A stretch of 62,372 nucleotides of DNA, the filler included, from Hausera hauseri (Eukaryota), in assembly GCA_046269625.1 (NCBI GenBank). It is 12 parts of 12 records of this genome, joined end to end, with 100 filler letters (N's around TTAATTAATTAA, not from the genome) between each part and the next. Parts side by side here need not be neighbours in the genome. Positions count along the whole stretch, not along the records: positions 9,361 to 13,320 come from JBJURY010856634.1; positions 13,421 to 17,386 come from JBJURY010852522.1; positions 17,487 to 23,816 come from JBJURY010112432.1; positions 23,917 to 30,602 come from JBJURY010075215.1; 8 more parts are not named here. The stretch is one strand, 5' to 3'. The translations under genes were made by a program, and so were the position numbers. Below the pieces are notes generated by a model. It ran no database searches and was not told the DNA's origin. It was given only the letters and a program-made list of their open reading frames with translations. Positions 11,485 to 23,954 of this stretch are shown one piece after another (the first letter of the stretch is position 1; every line of letters begins with the position of its first letter).

Positions 11485-11759
11485 TTTAAAAGCTAAAAGT
11501 ACAGTATGTTGCTAAAGCAAAATTGTGAGCCTTGAAGTAATATAACTCCACTGGAACCAAAATTGATGATTTTTTGAATGATTTATTGTCATGATGAAAA
11601 TTTTGGGCCATCTTATTGTGACATAATACTCCATCTGTTTGGCGAACATAAACATTTTCATAGCGTATAAGTTTCAAGGTCATTCACTGTGCTTGTTGAA
11701 TAGCACCCGATTTCATAAAACTAATACCCGTGGTGGCGTTGCCCTCAATATCATCAAAA

Positions 11760-13300
11760 CGTACTCAGCACATTCACGATAGTCATCTAGTGTAAATTTG
11801 TTCGTAGAACTGCCTGACAGAAGTATAGTAAATTCTTCGATTACGCGTGTTTTCAGTTCAATCAGTCAATGATTGTCGAACTGTAACATTTCAACAGGAG
11901 CTTGAAGGTCAAAATGGCCCCATGATTTTTTTTAATTTGGCTAACAGGTTATTATCTGGTTCAACAACCTTGCCAATCAGAAGTTTCCATATAGCACCTG
12001 AGAGTAATTCCAGGATATGGTGCCGACAAGGTAAGTATAACAATTTTTTTCCAATTTTATCTTCAAGTAGCTTGCTGGCCATCTTTTTATACCACTGTTT
12101 CTGGCTGTGGTGTCAAACACTAGCACTGTAATGTTGGGTAAAATTTCCCACAACTCGAGTAAATGAATTGTTGCTTCAGTCTGTTGCATTACGGTTGGTA
12201 TGATTACAATCTTCCTTTAGTGTAATCAGGAGCCCCTGACACAACAGCAAGGCGTTCACTGGCTGCACCAAGGTGATTCTTTATCAGTTTTCTAACCCAG
12301 TGGAGGGCAGCAAAGCAAGTCGGATTTTCTTTGAACAAGTGAGCAATGTCTTCTGCGATTTGTAGCCTATTAGCCATTCGTTTTCGGCGAGTGGTCTGCC
12401 TTGATATGTCAAAGTCTTTGAGATTGCCATTACCAGCTTTAATTACTGCAAAAAACAACCTTGTTGTTAGATTGTCGGACAGCATGAATCTGTTTGCTGA
12501 ATTTATGGTGGCATCTCACTCCATTATCTTTCTTGGTAGGTTGGTCTTTGCGTATCCCGTTTTTCTCATCTTACACGCTATGAGAATGAACTCGACATCA
12601 TCTTGTGTATCACTTTCCTCCTCTGATTCTTTCACTTCTTGACTATCAATGACTATACCCAATCTTCGTATTTCCATCTCATTCACAGACTGCATTTACA
12701 AAGCTTTCTGTCTCATTTCTTTACTTTCAGACTTACTTCGAAATATCTTGTCATGACTGGATATTGTTGTTGCCCTTTCACTTTTCTGGTCCAAATAGAA
12801 GTTCACATCTTCTCTTTTTTCTCTTTTGACAGCAAGCGACATTTCAATATTTCATCTATAAAATCTGGTGCCCCAATATCAAACGGTTTATCCAGTTTTA
12901 AAACGAAATTTGCTCCTTTTCCACCGGGATCTCTTTCGCGTTTTCTATTCTTTGTCAAACTGTCCCATTCTCGCCAAAGATTCATTACAGATATCATACA
13001 GTTTTGTCGTGTTTTCATTTGATGCGCGCCATCTGCCAAAATACAGCAACACTGTCCATGACTTCATATGCCAATTCTTTATTTGAAACTTGTGACATTA
13101 TCTGGCTCATGTCGAAGATAAAAGAATTTTAAAACATGTTTATTGGTTGGTAGCTTAGATCAACTTATTGATGATGATGGCTGCCCATTTAACCAGAAAT
13201 CGTTCATTGCTTTGGTTAGTGGCTGACGAGATGATGATGATGTAGATGTTGAAGTTGATGATGAAGGAACACATTTTTTCTGTAGTATCCGATTATGACG
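11760..13300 (-). mobile_element. Decayed DNA transposase, Sola2-like
   Basis: KLPTNKHVL...FWQMARI...LDKPFDIG, ALHW(D>V)xKL, VFDTTARNSG, CRHHILEL motifs across frameshifts. Confidence 0.65.
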
Positions 13301-13320
13301 AAGCAGCAATAACTGAAGTT

Positions 13321-13420
13321 NNNNNNNNNNNNNNNNNNNNNNNNNNNNNNNNNNNNNNNNNNNNTTAATTAATTAANNNNNNNNNNNNNNNNNNNNNNNN
13401 NNNNNNNNNNNNNNNNNNNN
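13321..13420. other. Artificial contig linker
   Basis: N44-TTAATTAATTAA-N44. Confidence 0.98.
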
Positions 13421-13809
13421 CGCGTTTCTCAATGTTACCTGGTGTTTTATAATTACAATGGCTGATACGACCATAAATACCAGATTTAACGGGAATATAT
13501 GAAAATAATAGTTCATCATTCAATGCGCGATAATGAATTGAATTGCAAATGAAAACTTTCGATGTTTTTATAAAAAGATCAAAAAATGTTTTTATTAAAA
13601 TTACAATAAAATATTATTTTTGGGAAATTCTGCTGCCTATTACCACCCATTCATGTTTGCCAATAATTTAAGATAATTTAAGTATATAATTCTAAAATTA
13701 ATTAAGGTAATTTTAAAGTACAATATTATTTCAGATAGCATAAAACATTATTAACATTTTTAGACATTGCCTAAAGTCAAGAATTATTTTTAGGCACAAC
13801 ACGCACGGA

Positions 13810-15960
13810 TGATAAGTTTTCCTGGTCCGTAACGAATATCAAAGTGATATGTCATCTTTGCCCGGTAAGATTTCTTTTATGCGCAAAATTGTCCAGATAA
13901 CAGCTAGTGCCTCACACTCTATGTTTGAATAGTTCCTTTAGAATTTTGATAATACTTTTAATACGAATATAACTGGATGGTTTTCGTGTGACATCACTGC
14001 CGCAACACAGTCAGTGGAACATCAGTTGTGACTAATCATCCTATGAAGATCAAATTGTTTCACTAACGGTCTATTTGATATTATCTTTAGATTGATAAAT
14101 TCCTCAATCTTTGATCTATTTAAAAACCTCCTTGGAATTTCTTAGTTTATTGAGATATTGCGTTTTTGTGAGAAATTTGGAATCATACTCCCAAAGTAGT
14201 TGACTAACCCCAAGAAACTTTCCACTTCCTTTCTATTGGATGATCCTTCAATGTGTGACTTTGGATTCCAGGGAATCATCTGGTCTAATTCCTTGATGGG
14301 AAATTTTAAATCCAAGGAATCTGATTTCTTCAGAATATTCAATGCATTTTCCTTTATTTATAGTTGTGATTTTTTTCGTTCGCGTTCTAATTGTCGTCAG
14401 CAGCTTCTTTAATGACTAATCATTCTCTGCGAATACGAGGACATCACCTCGGTATTTAAATAAACCTTTCAAATCTGTCAGTATCGCTTCCATCGTACGT
14501 TGGAAGATTGCCTTGGCATTTTCATTTCCATTTGGAGACGAATAATTTTGTATTGCCCCTTTGATATATTGATAATTGATAGTTCCTTTGATGGTTCGTC
14601 GAGTTCTACTTGCCAGTATGCTGAAGTCATATCAATACGGGCAAATTTCCTTGCATTTTTAACTTCGCAAAGATTGTTTCTCTGTTGGGTAATCGGTAGG
14701 ACACGGTCTTTATTTTGTCATTCATGGGTAACTTGAATTCCACACATATCCGTAAGTTACCATTGCTTTTCTTTGCCCGTAATACTGGTGAACAGTTAGT
14801 TGTGCTACCTTCATGTTTTGACAAAACTCCTAGAGTTTCTAATCTATCCAACACGTTGTTGATTGCCCTTGATATGCCAGAGGAATGCTTCTTACTTTGC
14901 AGAATTTATCCTTAGACCTAGGTTTCAGTTCCATTGAGGCCTTCACTCCTTTTATCACCGGGAGATTTATTTGACTGACCTGGTTGCACATTATTGGTTC
15001 CTGTAATTTAAGGTAATCACTTCGCAACAATCAAAAATCTTGCTTTGCCTTCACGACAGACTTGCTTTAAATTTTCCCAAATTTGTGAAGGTGCGGCCAT
15101 CGTACAGTTGTAATTTCTTATTAGTGGATACGAGTTTGGGTTCATCCAGGTTTTTGTCATGCTGCATCATAATTTGAATGTCATTAATCTTGTATTTTTG
15201 AAAAATATTTTCTTGCGAGTGAGTTCTTATAAGAGTCGCTATATCTTTAGGCACACTTGTATTTTCCAGGTCTTCAGAAAACAAGTGGACTGACTTCATT
15301 GTTTTTAGGCAAACATTCTCAAAGTGATTGCGGCCATTGCATCTCCTACATATCTTACCGTATGCTAGACAATATCCTTTGTTGTGTCAACGGCAACAGT
15401 ATCTGCGTATGTTTCTATCTTTCGACTGATGTTTGGATGAAAAATTCAATGCTTTCATCTCTTGCATTCTTGCTTCTCGTTGGGACGCGAATTGGTCGAT
15501 AAGGCAATACGTTTAAATTCTTTCAAATACGTCATCAGCCGATAAATCCGCAGTGTATCGTTTGCATTTAAAATCATGTAATCCCAAGATTAATCCAATT
15601 TTGATAATTTTGGATTCTGGGCTTTTTGCTTTCCTCAAACCGTTGAATTGACAATTCTTTGCCTTATTCTTCAGTCGCCAATAAAAGTCCACTAAGCTTT
15701 TGGCTTCCTTTTGATGAACTGAATGAAACTCGATCCTTTCAGAGATGACTAGGCGCTTGTTTGGTTGACGAACGTTTCTTAACATTAGAGTATTCAGAGC
15801 ATCGGGAACAATGGACAACTCAAATTATGAATTCTGTACAATTGTATTCATGTCACATGTTGCAGTAAAAGCGTTAGTTATTTGTAAATTTCCGTGATCG
15901 TCTGTCCCTCCGTTATATTTAGTGTAGACCTTGAAAGCTCCTAAACATGCCTTAGCTGGT
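13810..15960 (-). mobile_element. Ty3/Gypsy (Mag-like) gag-pol remnant, heavily decayed
   Basis: ERIEFHSVHQKEAKSLVDFYWRLKNKAKNCQF gag; KFCKVRSIP, KKSNGNLRIC, ESFLGLVNYF RT; RNase H remnants. Confidence 0.85.
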
Positions 15961-17386
15961 GATATCTGTGGTACCCGCGGTGGCCGGTGCACTTAGGCCC
16001 ATTTGGTTTGGTACGGCCGTGCGTCCGTTGCCGCCGCGTCGAGCCCATAGTTGGGCCCGATTCCCCGCCTCGAAAATTTTACAAGAACTTCAACAAATGC
16101 ATTAAGTACATCTACTCTTTCTCCTTTCTCACACTTCTCTACTTCAAACTCGATAACCCCATCGTCAATATCAGTAAGTACTACAACAAAAAGTACATCA
16201 ACACCAGTACCAATATCTACAGTCAAACCAACAACAATGTATGTAATTAACATATTTGGGGTATTTCGAACGCCCCTTATATTTATTAATGATTACAATG
16301 ACTTAATTTCGTGACTCTAAAATAAAAATGAGAGCAACAGAAAATAACTTTACACGTTGAGATCTGGACAATCGTTGTAAAGAAAGTCTATTTTATCGAT
16401 TATGTTGTAACAGTCACATAAAATGTCGAAAGAATTACAAAAGTCCAGTGAAGTCCGAATTGATTTCTGATGAAAGCAAAACGTGTACGTCAAAGAAATT
16501 ATCATTTTAAAAAATGACGATTTTTATGAAAAGATAATGGAAATTGTCGAAAGCTAAAGAGTTTGAATAATATCAATGATATCATTCCCAACGACAAAAC
16601 ACCAAAATCTTTACCGGTACTACGACGTTTTGAACATGTTATTTATGGTTACATACAAAAATACAAAAATTGACATTTACAAATTCCAAAGGCAGTAGTT
16701 CAGTAGATATTCAGTGCACTAGTGGCAATATATCTCCTCCTCCTTTGCCTTTAAAAAGTCCCTTCCAAGTGTAAACAATTTGTGTATTAATTTATACTGT
16801 CAAAGTCTGTAGTCTCATTGTTTGACGAAATGCACTTTCTCCAGGCACTTTCTCCTGCCTTACAGAAAAATAGTTTCTGTAGAGTACGAGTTTTATTTAC
16901 ATCTTGTATAATTGTATGATCAGCCTAGACAAATCTAATCATAAAGTGTGGTAACTGGTATGATCTGTATGACTAACATATTACAAACTATGACGTATAT
17001 ACAAACATCTTGTTGACTGTTTCTCACACCTGCAGCCCTATGTGCTGTTTGGTGTTTGGTGACCCTCACCTTGCAGGTAGAGAGCATAGAAATTTGTCAG
17101 TAGATTTTATAATGAATTTTTAAAACATAAAAACAATGATGTTTCTAGATTGCTATGACTTATTTGTCGGGTACAGATTCATACCTAAAGCCGTATGAGG
17201 GAAAGTGGTGTTGGTGTCCACATTTTTCATCGACCAACAGCATATACTAGATTATGCTTTTAGCATAAAGCCAGGCCAGCCTTACTTTCCCAGAAAAATG
17301 ATTTAGTTTCAAATGTTTGAGGCTTGGTGTATCTCAGAGCCATTTCAGCATGGCTGTGGAGTCGGACACAAAACTTGTATCTCTGG

Positions 17387-17486
17387 NNNNNNNNNNNNNN
17401 NNNNNNNNNNNNNNNNNNNNNNNNNNNNNNTTAATTAATTAANNNNNNNNNNNNNNNNNNNNNNNNNNNNNNNNNNNNNNNNNNNN
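17387..17486. other. Artificial contig linker
   Basis: N44-TTAATTAATTAA-N44. Confidence 0.98.
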
Positions 17487-20400
17487 GAGAAGTCCACGGA
17501 TGATGACGTAGCAGAAAAAGAATTTATAAAACCATTAATACTTAAAATTACGAAAAATAGATGCCGTAGCCCTTTCTTAAAAACGAGACGTAGAAGTCGT
17601 TCAAGCTGCAAAATAACTAGAGAGAAAATCGAAAAAAAACATCCGAATATCGTTGTAGAGAGTAACGTAGACCATAATTTAAATACACCGGACATTGGTT
17701 CACTCACACCTGTCGGAGTAGCGGAGTCTATAAAACCAGTTAATGAAATTAACGAGATTTGTCCACTTCCCATTGGTGAGGAAGAAACAGAGAATACGGA
17801 GGATTTCGACCCAAAAAAGTGGAAAGTCCGGCGTTCGTGGAAAAACGCCGATGAGTTAAAGAAAACAAGAATTAGATGTTATAAACCAGAATTATTGCAA
17901 CGAAATTTAAAAAGGCTCAAGCAAATCCGTGAACAAGTAGACATATCCGGAAAAGAACAACAGTATGCGGAGAGACTATATAAATGCCTAAAACTATACG
18001 GTGAAGGTAAGCTCGCAGAAGCAATCGACTTAGAACAACCAGAAGAGGTATCAACCGAAACGTTGTTAAAATGGAAGCAGGAATTAGAATCCTGGATTAA
18101 AAGCGGAGTAGAATTTTCGGAAAGATGGAATAAAAATGAAGATAGAGTCGACATAAAAGTCACCAAGGCTCAGACGCTATTGTCTGCTTTGGAGGCAAAC
18201 CCAAAATTGAAGAGAGTGGCCCGAAACTTAGAACGTATGATAAACGAAATTCGTTACGCAGTGATCAACCGGCTTAGGCAAAACCGGTTAACCATCGCAG
18301 TAAGATCGATTTAGAAATATTGGATATAGACCCATTGGATATTCCTCCCTTAACGGAGATAATAAAAATCGCATTTGCTACGCCCAAACAATATACAAGC
18401 CTAGAAAATCAAATTAAGACAGAAAATGAAAAGCGAGCTCAGATTTATAGCTTCAGGAATCAAATCATGTCCCCAAATCATAAGGAGACTCAATATCTAA
18501 TAAAAGCTTGTATCGTAGAGTTGGATGATTAAAAGGACGAGTTTAGTTATGTCGGCCGGATTATGAACTTCGTAAAGGACCGGACGATGAGTTAGAAGAT
18601 GCATATAAGATGCTAGATAAGGCTATACTGGCCAAGCCAGTTATCGCAAATCAATTGTCGGAATGGTCCGAATTAGTAACGCGATTAAGCTGGCTTGTAG
18701 AAGATCGGAAAAAGGAATTTCCGCAAAGCGAGCCAATGGTAAGGAAGCAATTAAAAGAAAGTGCACATGATTTAGGCACTATGCGAATAGAAATAGACAT
18801 CCGTACTCAATTTGAAGCGCAAAGACGACTAAAATTTATGGAAAATGAACGAGAAGAGTTGATATTGGAGGAGATCTAAAAACTGATTGAGGAGACGAAT
18901 TTTACGGAAAAGCAAAATATGATTTACTATGTGAACTCAAGGTTAAGGGTTGTTCGACTAGAAAGAGTCCAATATTTAACGGGAAAACCGATCGACAAAA
19001 TCATTGGCCAAGACATTAAAATCTTGGACATTTGTTTAGGACATCGAGATACGTTAACGGACGCAATAAAATTCTTTCACAAACCACAAGAATGGATGGC
19101 TGGATCAGATCAGAACTTCCATACCAAGTTGGCGAAAATATGGGACGATCCACATTTTAGTTTTCAGGAACACAAGTTCGTAAAAAAATTGTAGGTTCAA
19201 TGGACCCTGACTCAAAGGTTATAAATGAGATGTATTGGTGGAAATGGCAGAAATCAGTAAGAGAAGATGAGGCAATTGATTCCAAAGATACAGAAAGTAG
19301 AAAAAACATGTATCAAAACGAAACAGAGAGCGACAAGGTTAAACGAAATAACAAAAGTGCTTGAAGTCTACCCAAACAAATATGCTTTTACCGAGTCAGA
19401 AATCAAGAATAAAGGAGAATTTGTACAGAAATGGCAAAAAGATGTAGTCATTTAATTAACAAATTATCACCAGAAGGGACTCATCAACTCTAACGAATTC
19501 GGAGAATTACTGAAAATGACTCAATATGACTGTGGAAATGAAGTAGGGTTCCGAACTACGCAGATGAAGGAAATACAACCCAGGTTGAAAAAATTCGAGA
19601 AAATGTGCAAAGAACAAGTGTAGCCTTAGTAGGCGTTGGACTCCCAGATGTCGGTAATGAGACAGAATGGGATGCATACTTCGACGCAATGCTGATCAAA
19701 AGCCCATGACTCCAGTACAACTGAATGAGATAGAAACTAGCCCACGGAACAGAAGATTCAATGTGGAGATGCTACTAGATTCACCGCTAACTGAAAAAGA
19801 TTTGATTCAATTAATTAACATAAATATTACTGAAAATAAATTAAGACAACTTATTCCAATTTTAACTAAATTATCTAGTGAGAACACAATTTATAGCACG
19901 ATGCCAAAACTTTTGATAAAAAAATCTGCTAAAATATTAAGGACTAAACTGGAAGTAACGATGAAAGTAATGATATCATCCGAGTGGATGGATGAAAAAG
20001 AATGTGAATTAACTACATATTCCTATGTAACAGATGTGAGAGAATGGTTGTTAAACAATAATGGAACAAACGAACTAAATTACAGATTTTACTTTAGAGG
20101 TAGAATACTCGACGACCTAGAACAGCTAATAGATGTCGGGATTATTCCCGACGAAACAAACCGGATAGTAGCAATAATAGCTAACGAACAGACAAAAGAA
20201 GAAGCCATACGTAAGGCCAAAGCGGAACAATGCATAGGACAAATTATGGGAGTCCGCGATTCTGCAATGTATTTTGAGTACTTACAAACGGATGAGGATA
20301 AGGAACAATATGACATAAATTTAGTACCACTGAGCGAAATAACATCAAAAAGGCCGAGGCCAAAAGGTCCAATCGGTAGGCCTAAGAAAACGCGAGAAGA

Positions 20401-20898
20401 AATGGACTATAATGGAGAACTGATTACAGAATTAAGACAGATGTCGATTCCGACCCTTAGTACAGATAATGAAAAAGTAACCAAATTAATGAAGAATTTA
20501 ATACGAATCGTGAATTACTCCAGTCTTCGAGGTGATGTATTAGATGATAAAGAAAAAAATAATATTCGATGCAGCCAAAATGATGCGAAGCTCACGTTTC
20601 AAACTATCAAAAAGTAACCCAACCGATGAATCGGTAATCGAAAAGATTATGATAGAGAACACCAGCGAAGAATTGAGAAATGTATTATTATACATAGCTA
20701 TCAAAATAAATCCTAACCGAGAGAGTGAAATCAATAGAGCTATAAGCTTGGCACGAAAAGCAGCAAGAAGAATGCTTTGTGAAGTAAATTGGGCAAGACT
20801 GTTTGACAGGGAAGAAGATAGGCGGACCAGTAATAAATTCGACGATATATTACGTAATTTAACAACGACGGATGTTGGCCACCGGAAAAATGAGTCAA
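17487..20898 (+). pseudogene. Large helical/coiled-coil ORF1 (>1100 codons, interrupted) with an internal UBL and AT-hook-like motif
   Basis: Chain of ORF pieces 17895..20993; no canonical Gag motif recognised. Confidence 0.55.
19949..20182 (+). CDS. Integral ubiquitin-like domain (no terminal GG)
   Basis: LEVTMKV...YVTDVREWL...NYRFYFRGRILDDLEQLIDVGI...IVAII matches the beta-grasp pattern (RLIFxGKxLxDxxTLxDxGI). Confidence 0.7.
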
Positions 20899-22760
20899 AT
20901 TGGTTAATCAGCTTACTTACATTAATGATGCTAATAAAACACATAAGCGCAGTTACAGTCTATGATTGCGATAAGTTTAAACTAGGACAGTGATATTTCC
21001 TAATGGATCTGAAAGCATGTGAAGATACCAGACCACACAAGTTGGAGACAAAAGAGAGAAATTACTTCCTGTATCAGCAGCAAGAACTGATATCACTAGA
21101 TGGAATGGAATGTATGCTGAGACGATGGCATAGTATTTTTCACTGTGGGTTGGTTTATGGACACTCATCTATAATCAAGCCAACGACTCCACTAATTCCA
21201 ATGAACTTAGAACGCCAACACTGTATGCAAGCCAAGGAAACTGGAAGAATACAATGGGAGAGTATACAATTAGAAATGCAGCCAGGAAAAATAATCAGGG
21301 CATATAAAATAGTGGCCGGAAGACTAGATATGTATAGCGGACATTGTAATGAAGCAGAATACGACACTGGGAAAGGATTGGAGGCAAACGTAGTGGTTGT
21401 GGATTTCTACGAATCAGAAATGCCATCGCAGAAGGTAATGTTCCATAGTGTCACCAAACTATATACAGAAAATCAAAAATGTCATTTACAAGACGGAACC
21501 TGTACTTTTAGAAGTTCGGTTACAATATGGGAACCTCCCTCTGGAAGAAATTGTAATTTTATTAAAATTAAAGAACTAAAGTTCAATAAGATTACAAGAA
21601 AGAGATATGTGGACAAATCAGAAACCAATTCGAGGACACGTGAGGACGTATCAGAACACACTACACCTACTATATTAATTTCGGATCAGGATGGATTGAA
21701 ATTTATTAAGAAAGAGATGATATCTCGCTGTGATGTAGTGATGTTTGCTACGAACTATGAGGCGTTTTTCGTCGAAGAAACGGAGATAAGTGCGAAAACG
21801 TATAAGCTAGAAACACAGGATGTCCGCATCAAAGATTACCTGAAGAATAGAGACGATTACTTTTACTAAAAAGGACAAGTTGGAATAACGGAATTATATC
21901 ATAAAATGATAATAAATGAATGAAAATTGGATACAAAAATCATGAGAACTAAAATGGCTCTGATATATGCAAACCCAGAGTTGGCTTCACTAATAATTCC
22001 AATGAGAGAAGGAATTTTCGGTAGGGTAACAGACGAAGTATTGCTAACCTATGAATGTGAAAAGAGTTATGTACCCATCAACATGGAAGAAAAACGTTGC
22101 ATTCAGGAGCTTCCTGTGATTTACCAGAATATTCCGAGATTAGCTACACCATTGACAAGAATGTAGTTGGATAATGCTACCCAACCAACCATCCTTAAAA
22201 ATTGTAAGGCAAGCTTAGGAGAACCTATGTTTAGACGTAGTGAGACGGACTGGGTCAGCTTGACAAATGGAGGTATTATTGCCGCTCCAAATAAATTAAC
22301 AGGAGCAAATCTAGCGAAAGGAATTACAGGTGATAAATTTCAAGACATCTCATAGAAAGGTATATACAGGCCGAAGGAAATTGAGGCCTTTAAACAATTC
22401 CTTTCCCTTCCGCGACAACGAACACATGAGCTAAATCGAGCTATGGCTTCTGTAGTAGATGATACACGATACCAGGCTAAATGGGAATCTCTACTTGGTG
22501 TAAATCATTACCAGCGAGTAACCACAGAAATACTCTATAAAGTTTGGGGAAGATTTTTGATTTTTGGACAAGCCGCATCCGGATTTTTAGCGTTATATTT
22601 TCTGATACAAATGATTAAGGTAGTCATCCAAGCAGTAATTAATGGGTACGAAATATTTACATGAACTGGATTTTCTTGCAAGATACTGACTGTATCATAA
22701 CGCCTTTTGGGAAATTCTTAAAGGCATACGAAGAGAACAGATGGAAATCAAACGTATAAC
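20899..22760 (+). pseudogene. env: Chuvirus-like / gB-type class III fusion glycoprotein (env), interrupted
   Basis: Internal signal peptide WLISLLTLMMLIKHISA then VYDC; HCG..GHSS; EVLLTYEC..CIQELPV..PLTR; TM WGRFLIFGQAASGFLALYFLIQMIKVVIQAVING. Confidence 0.82.
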
Positions 22761-23419
22761 GTCACGTTGGATATCATAACCGTAAACGAAGGAGAAGACC
22801 TATATTTCTGCGTAAGCGGAAATCTATAAAGCATATTACACGAAGAAATAACTCAGACGATGACGAGCCTAAGGGAGGAGAAGCACTTCCAGGAATAAAG
22901 AGACACAAGATGTATTCGGTCATTAAGGCGCCATTGCCCATGCTACCTCCTACTGCTCCATTCTATGATGATTGCGACAAACGATCCATGAATTCATATC
23001 AGACGGACATTTATAAAATAACAATTAATGTAGAAGATCCTTATGAAGGAACGAAACGTTACGGAATCTTATGGAAAATGTGTTATCGACAATCCACAGA
23101 CGGCCCAAAGATGTTGTATTCTCCGAGAGAACCTCGGAACATAGAAACTAAATGAACGGTTTCGGAAAATCCAAGATTAAAATCTTTCCAGAATACTGAA
23201 TTACACATTAACAATCGAGAACCATTAATTAGCACACACGAAGCGGAAGAGTTGCACATAGAAAATAACAAATTATATTCAAACGAAGAATTAAGACAGC
23301 TATCGGAGAACATAGTATCCTCCCCCGAGATCCGAATCAACGGACACAAAATATCGGCGGTGAAACGCTCGAAAGATACATCAAACTGTTTTGGAACAGT
23401 AATAGAAGGAAGATCCTTC

Positions 23420-23755
23420 GCCAAAATCATTATTGAAGATGGGAAAGTTTATGCCTTAATCGATAGAGGATTGGAAATGTCTTACATAAAAATGATTCAA
23501 TACCNNNNNNNNNNCGAACGCTGCGAGGGCAATTATACCCACCGTCTCCTAAAGACCCAGGCAGTACAGGAGCTTTTGGTCAAATGTCAAAACCAATGTT
23601 TAAGTGGAACCAAGAAATTCAAATAGTTGGACAATTTTTCCATCACGAGTTTGCAGTTATGAAGCAATTAACCGACGACGTAGTTCTAGGATGTCATCTC
23701 CTAAAAAGACTGCAAATATAGCAATTGACTTACAAACAGGAAGGCTAATAGAAAT
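23420..23755 (+). pseudogene. Retropepsin-type aspartic protease (DRG variant)
   Basis: ALIDRGLEMSYI ... VVLG ... IAIDLQTGRL, homologous to 58114..58788. Confidence 0.65.
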
Positions 23756-23816
23756 CAGGCCGAACAGAGGCGTGAAAAGCGCTAAGGATGGAAAATTTGG
23801 AGAAGTGTAGATACCA

Positions 23817-23916
23817 NNNNNNNNNNNNNNNNNNNNNNNNNNNNNNNNNNNNNNNNNNNNTTAATTAATTAANNNNNNNNNNNNNNNNNNNNNNNNNNNN
23901 NNNNNNNNNNNNNNNN
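23817..23916. other. Artificial contig linker
   Basis: N44-TTAATTAATTAA-N44. Confidence 0.98.
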
Positions 23917-23954
23917 TCTGGTTGAGACATTTTCATAAGTGACACTTACACAGC

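Larger units (their letters stand above)
17487..23816 (+). mobile_element. Env-bearing retroelement remnant: long ORF1 - chuvirus/gB-like glycoprotein - linker - aspartic protease
   Basis: Continuous same-strand coding remnants; same order and motifs as 57471..61122, which continues into a Ty3/Gypsy RT. Confidence 0.75.

Noticed and set aside
16051-16314. Mucin-like S/T-rich host exon
   Set aside because: Low complexity only; no supporting neighbouring exons identified
17345-17386. Possible hAT-type MITE end (GGCTGTGGAGTCGG)
   Set aside because: Too short and at a contig edge; no partner TIR or TSD visible
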